Virus record (IMG/VR): IMGVR_UViG_3300045971_000674
Coordinates: 45,230-109,229 of that record
DNA: 64,000 nt
Strand: one strand, 5' to 3'
Source of the DNA: a virus
In this document: one piece after another, positions 61,292-64,000 of the stretch
Numbering within the stretch: the stretch's first letter is position 1
Layout of the letters: every line of letters begins with the position of its first letter
Made by a program: the position numbers and the translations under genes
Notes under the pieces: generated by a model
Database searches by the model: none
What the model was told of the DNA's origin: nothing
Seen by the model: only the letters and a program-made list of their open reading frames with translations

Positions 61292-64000
61292 CAGTAGAAC
61301 TCGACTGTCAATTCGGCTAGTAGGAATGCTGAGCCGAGGTTTGTGCCAGTCACGCCGGCGACTCGACGTGTCAGTTCGAACTGATACAGACGATCAGCAG
61401 TCAGGCTGAGTGTTGTCAGAGCGATCGTCTGCGTGCTGTACTGGAAGAAAGCGTTTGTTGGGATTGAAACATTCGCGAGTTCAGAAGCTGCGCTCCAGGC
61501 CCCGACTGCCGCGTTGTTCGGGAGCAGTCGAGAGTACAGACGCGGCTGAACAACTGAGACTGCACCAGGTGCAGTCGTCGCACGGCCACGGATCTTGAAC
61601 GTTATTTGCGTACAGCCCGGTGGAATCGACAGGGTGAACCCGACGCCTTGTTCGACTGTATTGCTGAACGAGCGAACGTTCAGTGCAGTGTACGTCGGAT
61701 CGGTAGTGACTGGCGCCAGAGCGTTCACAGCGAAGTCGGCGTTGTTCGGTGTGTCCAGGGAGTTCGCGAAGTAGCTGAACCGACTGATCAGGTTCAGGTT
61801 CGTCTGACCGGAGCCAGCATCTGACACGACCACCGGACCAGTGAAGTTCAGGGTCGTTGTCGTGGCGCCAATAACAGTCGCGTCCTTCGCCACTGCAAGA
61901 GAACCTGAGCCACCACCACTACCAACTGACAAGCCATTTGCGACTGCCACAACACGGAGTGTCTTTGTATTGCCAACAACCTGAACACGAATTGTGTTTG
62001 TATTTGACAGAACGACTGAGTCAGGAATCACGATCGCGTTCGTAGCACTGTCGAACACCGTTATCACGAGGTTGTTCGTTGCCAGGTTATGTGCGAAGTC
62101 AGCTGAGTATCGCGTTCCAGAGACGAGTGTCCATGCAGCAACACCAGCTTGACCAACACCGATCAGGCCAGCAGCAGAGCCAGCTGATGCAGCAGTGTTC
62201 ACCCAGTTCGTGCCATTGAATGACAGAATGTTCCCAGAAGCTGGCGCTGTCAGAACGACATCTGACAGTTCGTCAAGACCAACAGTTCGGAATGTTGGTA
62301 CACCACCAGCAAGCGGTGCCACGAAGAATGTGCCAGCAGCCTGCGAAGCAAGAGTGCCGGTCAGTACACCTGTACCTGTGACAGGAGAGCCCGTGACTGT
62401 GAAGATCGATGGCAGAGCCAGACCGACAGAGGTCACGGAGCCAGCACCAGTCGCCGAGATCGTGATGTTCCCAATGACGCCATCAGTATTCGAAAGCGAG
62501 ATGCCAGAACCAGCCACGAACGCACGAGTGGTCCAAGTTGAAGTGCCAGTGCGAACAGCAAAGCCTGCAGTTGCAAGACCTTCAACAGCTGCAAGGTCAT
62601 CTGCGAGAGCGAGCGTGATGTTGCCAGCGGTGGTGACCGGTGAACCGGAAACCGTAACACCTGATGCAGGAGCCGTGATGCCAATCGATGTGACCGTGCC
62701 AACGTTGACAATTCCGGTCAATCCGTTGACAGAGAGAACGGAATCGGTTGGCGTCAGAAGCAACTGCCAGTTCGAGAATACGGTAGCGGGAGTCGCGCGC
62801 AGAATGAATGACTGATTCGCATCAGTGCGAACTGCAACATCACCAACTTCGGCTGTGAGGGCCAGCATTGCTGCTTGGGAGGCGACGACGAAAGTATCGG
62901 TGATTGCAATTGCTGGCAGTTGCGTCAGCGTGAGTTTGCCTGCATTGTCGAGAGTTGCAAGACCGTTCACCGCCCCAACGAGAGATGTGTTCACTGCATC
63001 GGTGATGCCGTAACCAGCGATAGTCGTTGGGTTTGTACCGGCAGTCACACGGCCGTAGACGTCGGTTGTCACTGAGCGATAGGTGCCAGCAGAACCAACC
63101 GTTGCAAGGTCGATGCCTACGTTGTTTGCGGTGCCGAGCGGGTTGGTGATTGTGATCGTGCCATTGCCTGACACTACAGAGCGGGTCGTGTAGGTGCCTG
63201 CTGTCGTGCGGGCAACAAAGCCTAGTGTAGAGAGACCAGAAAGACCTTGGAGTTCGGTGCCCAGTGTGAAGGTCAGAGTGCCAGAGCCAGTGATAGGTGA
63301 ACCACCAACCGTGAGACCCGTAGATCCCGTTGCAGCAACTGAGGTGACTGTACCTGAGGTGTTGGCAGTTAGGAGAATGCCACCGGCAGAGTGTGTGACC
63401 GTGATACCAGAGCCGGTGAGAGTCTTGTACTCGGCTGCAGTGCCGAGTGAATTGACACCGAAGATCTGATTTGCAGCGCCAAGCGACGTGAGACCTGTAC
63501 CGCCCTTCGTAGCAGTCAATGTACCAGAGAGGTTGTCGAGTGCAAGGTTGGCTTCTACGACATCGATTGTTGGATTGCCTGCAATGCCGTCACCATTGGC
63601 TACCGTGATCTTGGTCGATCCAGCAATGATGGATCGAACCAGCGCTGTTGTTCCGTTCCGTACGACGATGCCATTGGTAGCCAAGGCTGCCACTGATGTG
63701 AGATATGCCGAAAGCGGCTGAGCATCGGTGATGAAGTATCCAGCGAGGGTGTTTGGATTCGAGCCTGCAGTGACACGGCCCTTGGCATCCACCGTAACAG
63801 ATTGATACGTACCAGCGCCCACACCGGTGTTGCTGAGCGTCGTGTTGATCAGCGTAGTGCCAGTGCCAGCCACATCACCTTGCAGCGTGATGTTCTGGTT
63901 TGTGGTCAGGTATGCAACGTTCGAGCCAGAGACAACTTGACCTGAGGCATTTGTTGTGACGTTGTTGTACGAGCCAGCAGTGCCAACTGGAGTGATGCTG
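61291..64000 (-). CDS. long tail-fibre protein (5' end outside the window)
   Basis: The frame stays open upstream of 63873 to the window edge (SITPVGTAGSYNNVTT...). Fibre repeats GTYQSVTVDAKGRVTAG, VTSV, LDELSDV, plus an H-N-L module. Confidence 0.85.
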   Translation of the reverse strand, partial: SITPVGTAGSYNNVTTNASGQVVSGSNVAYLTTNQNITLQGDVAGTGTTLINTTLSNTGVGAGTYQSVTVDAKGRVTAGSNPNTLAGYFITDAQPLSAYLTSVAALATNGIVVRNGTTALVRSIIAGSTKITVANGDGIAGNPTIDVVEANLALDNLSGTLTATKGGTGLTSLGAANQIFGVNSLGTAAEYKTLTGSGITVTHSAGGILLTANTSGTVTSVAATGSTGLTVGGSPITGSGTLTFTLGTELQGLSGLSTLGFVARTTAGTYTTRSVVSGNGTITITNPLGTANNVGIDLATVGSAGTYRSVTTDVYGRVTAGTNPTTIAGYGITDAVNTSLVGAVNGLATLDNAGKLTLTQLPAIAITDTFVVASQAAMLALTAEVGDVAVRTDANQSFILRATPATVFSNWQLLLTPTDSVLSVNGLTGIVNVGTVTSIGITAPASGVTVSGSPVTTAGNITLALADDLAAVEGLATAGFAVRTGTSTWTTRAFVAGSGISLSNTDGVIGNITISATGAGSVTSVGLALPSIFTVTGSPVTGTGVLTGTLASQAAGTFFVAPLAGGVPTFRTVGLDELSDVVLTAPASGNILSFNGTNWVNTAASAGSAAGLIGVGQAGVAAWTLVSGTRYSADFAHNLATNNLVITVFDSATNAIVIPDSVVLSNTNTIRVQVVGNTKTLRVVAVANGLSVGSGGGSGSLAVAKDATVIGATTTTLNFTGPVVVSDAGSGQTNLNLISRFSYFANSLDTPNNADFAVNALAPVTTDPTYTALNVRSFSNTVEQGVGFTLSIPPGCTQITFKIRGRATTAPGAVSVVQPRLYSRLLPNNAAVGAWSAASELANVSIPTNAFFQYSTQTIALTTLSLTADRLYQFELTRRVAGVTGTNLGSAFLLAELTVEFY

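Noticed and set aside
1-64000. CRISPR array, tRNA or rRNA genes, integrase/transposase, reverse transcriptase (DGR or retron)
   Set aside because: No regularly spaced repeats, cloverleaf-sized intergenic gaps or corresponding protein motifs were seen by eye. A tRNAscan/Infernal run would be needed to exclude tRNAs formally.
1-64000. Stop-codon reassignment (alternative genetic code)
   Set aside because: Conserved genes (polymerase, helicase, PhoH, Rnl1) are full length under code 11, and TAA, TGA and TAG all end credible genes.

Overview
This window is a 64-kb fragment of a large, GC-rich, lytic tailed dsDNA phage with T4-like/jumbo-myovirus gene content. The host is probably Gram-negative, inferred from a two-component spanin and several lipoproteins. 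From left to right it holds: (i) fibre/virion genes, a spanin pair and an M23+GH108 peptidoglycan hydrolase (75-9144, +); (ii) small early genes, a PAAR unit, a tail-tube-like paralog, a 2OG-Fe(II) oxygenase, a PD-(D/E)XK exonuclease, a GIY-YIG/NUMOD3 homing endonuclease, prohead-core-like proteins and an 877-aa ligase-fold protein (9-20 kb); (iii) a replication block with helicase, primase, RNase H, probable clamp and family B polymerase, interleaved with an SLT transglycosylase and a PQ-loop protein (20-31 kb); (iv) accessory genes including a cyclic-phosphate receiver domain, DEDDh exonuclease, P-loop kinase and Thg1, followed by a late operon encoding a tandem AAA+ ATPase, a metallopeptidase and a vWA protein (33-43.6 kb); (v) early small genes including a putative half class-Ia tRNA-synthetase domain, PhoH, a GNAT, an Rnl1 RNA ligase and two duplicated Cys-rich mini-lipoproteins (43.6-57.4 kb); (vi) a second fibre cluster that runs off the right edge. 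Two promoter classes can be read directly: a TAAATA late motif and a sigma70-like early motif with an upstream GT(T/A)ACA box. I found no CRISPR array, tRNA gene, integrase or reverse transcriptase. All protein family calls come from motif recognition by eye, not from database searches. The most promising candidates for an undescribed system are the late tandem-AAA/peptidase/vWA operon and a dispersed tRNA-repair/decoy toolkit that includes an IleRS-like half-domain.
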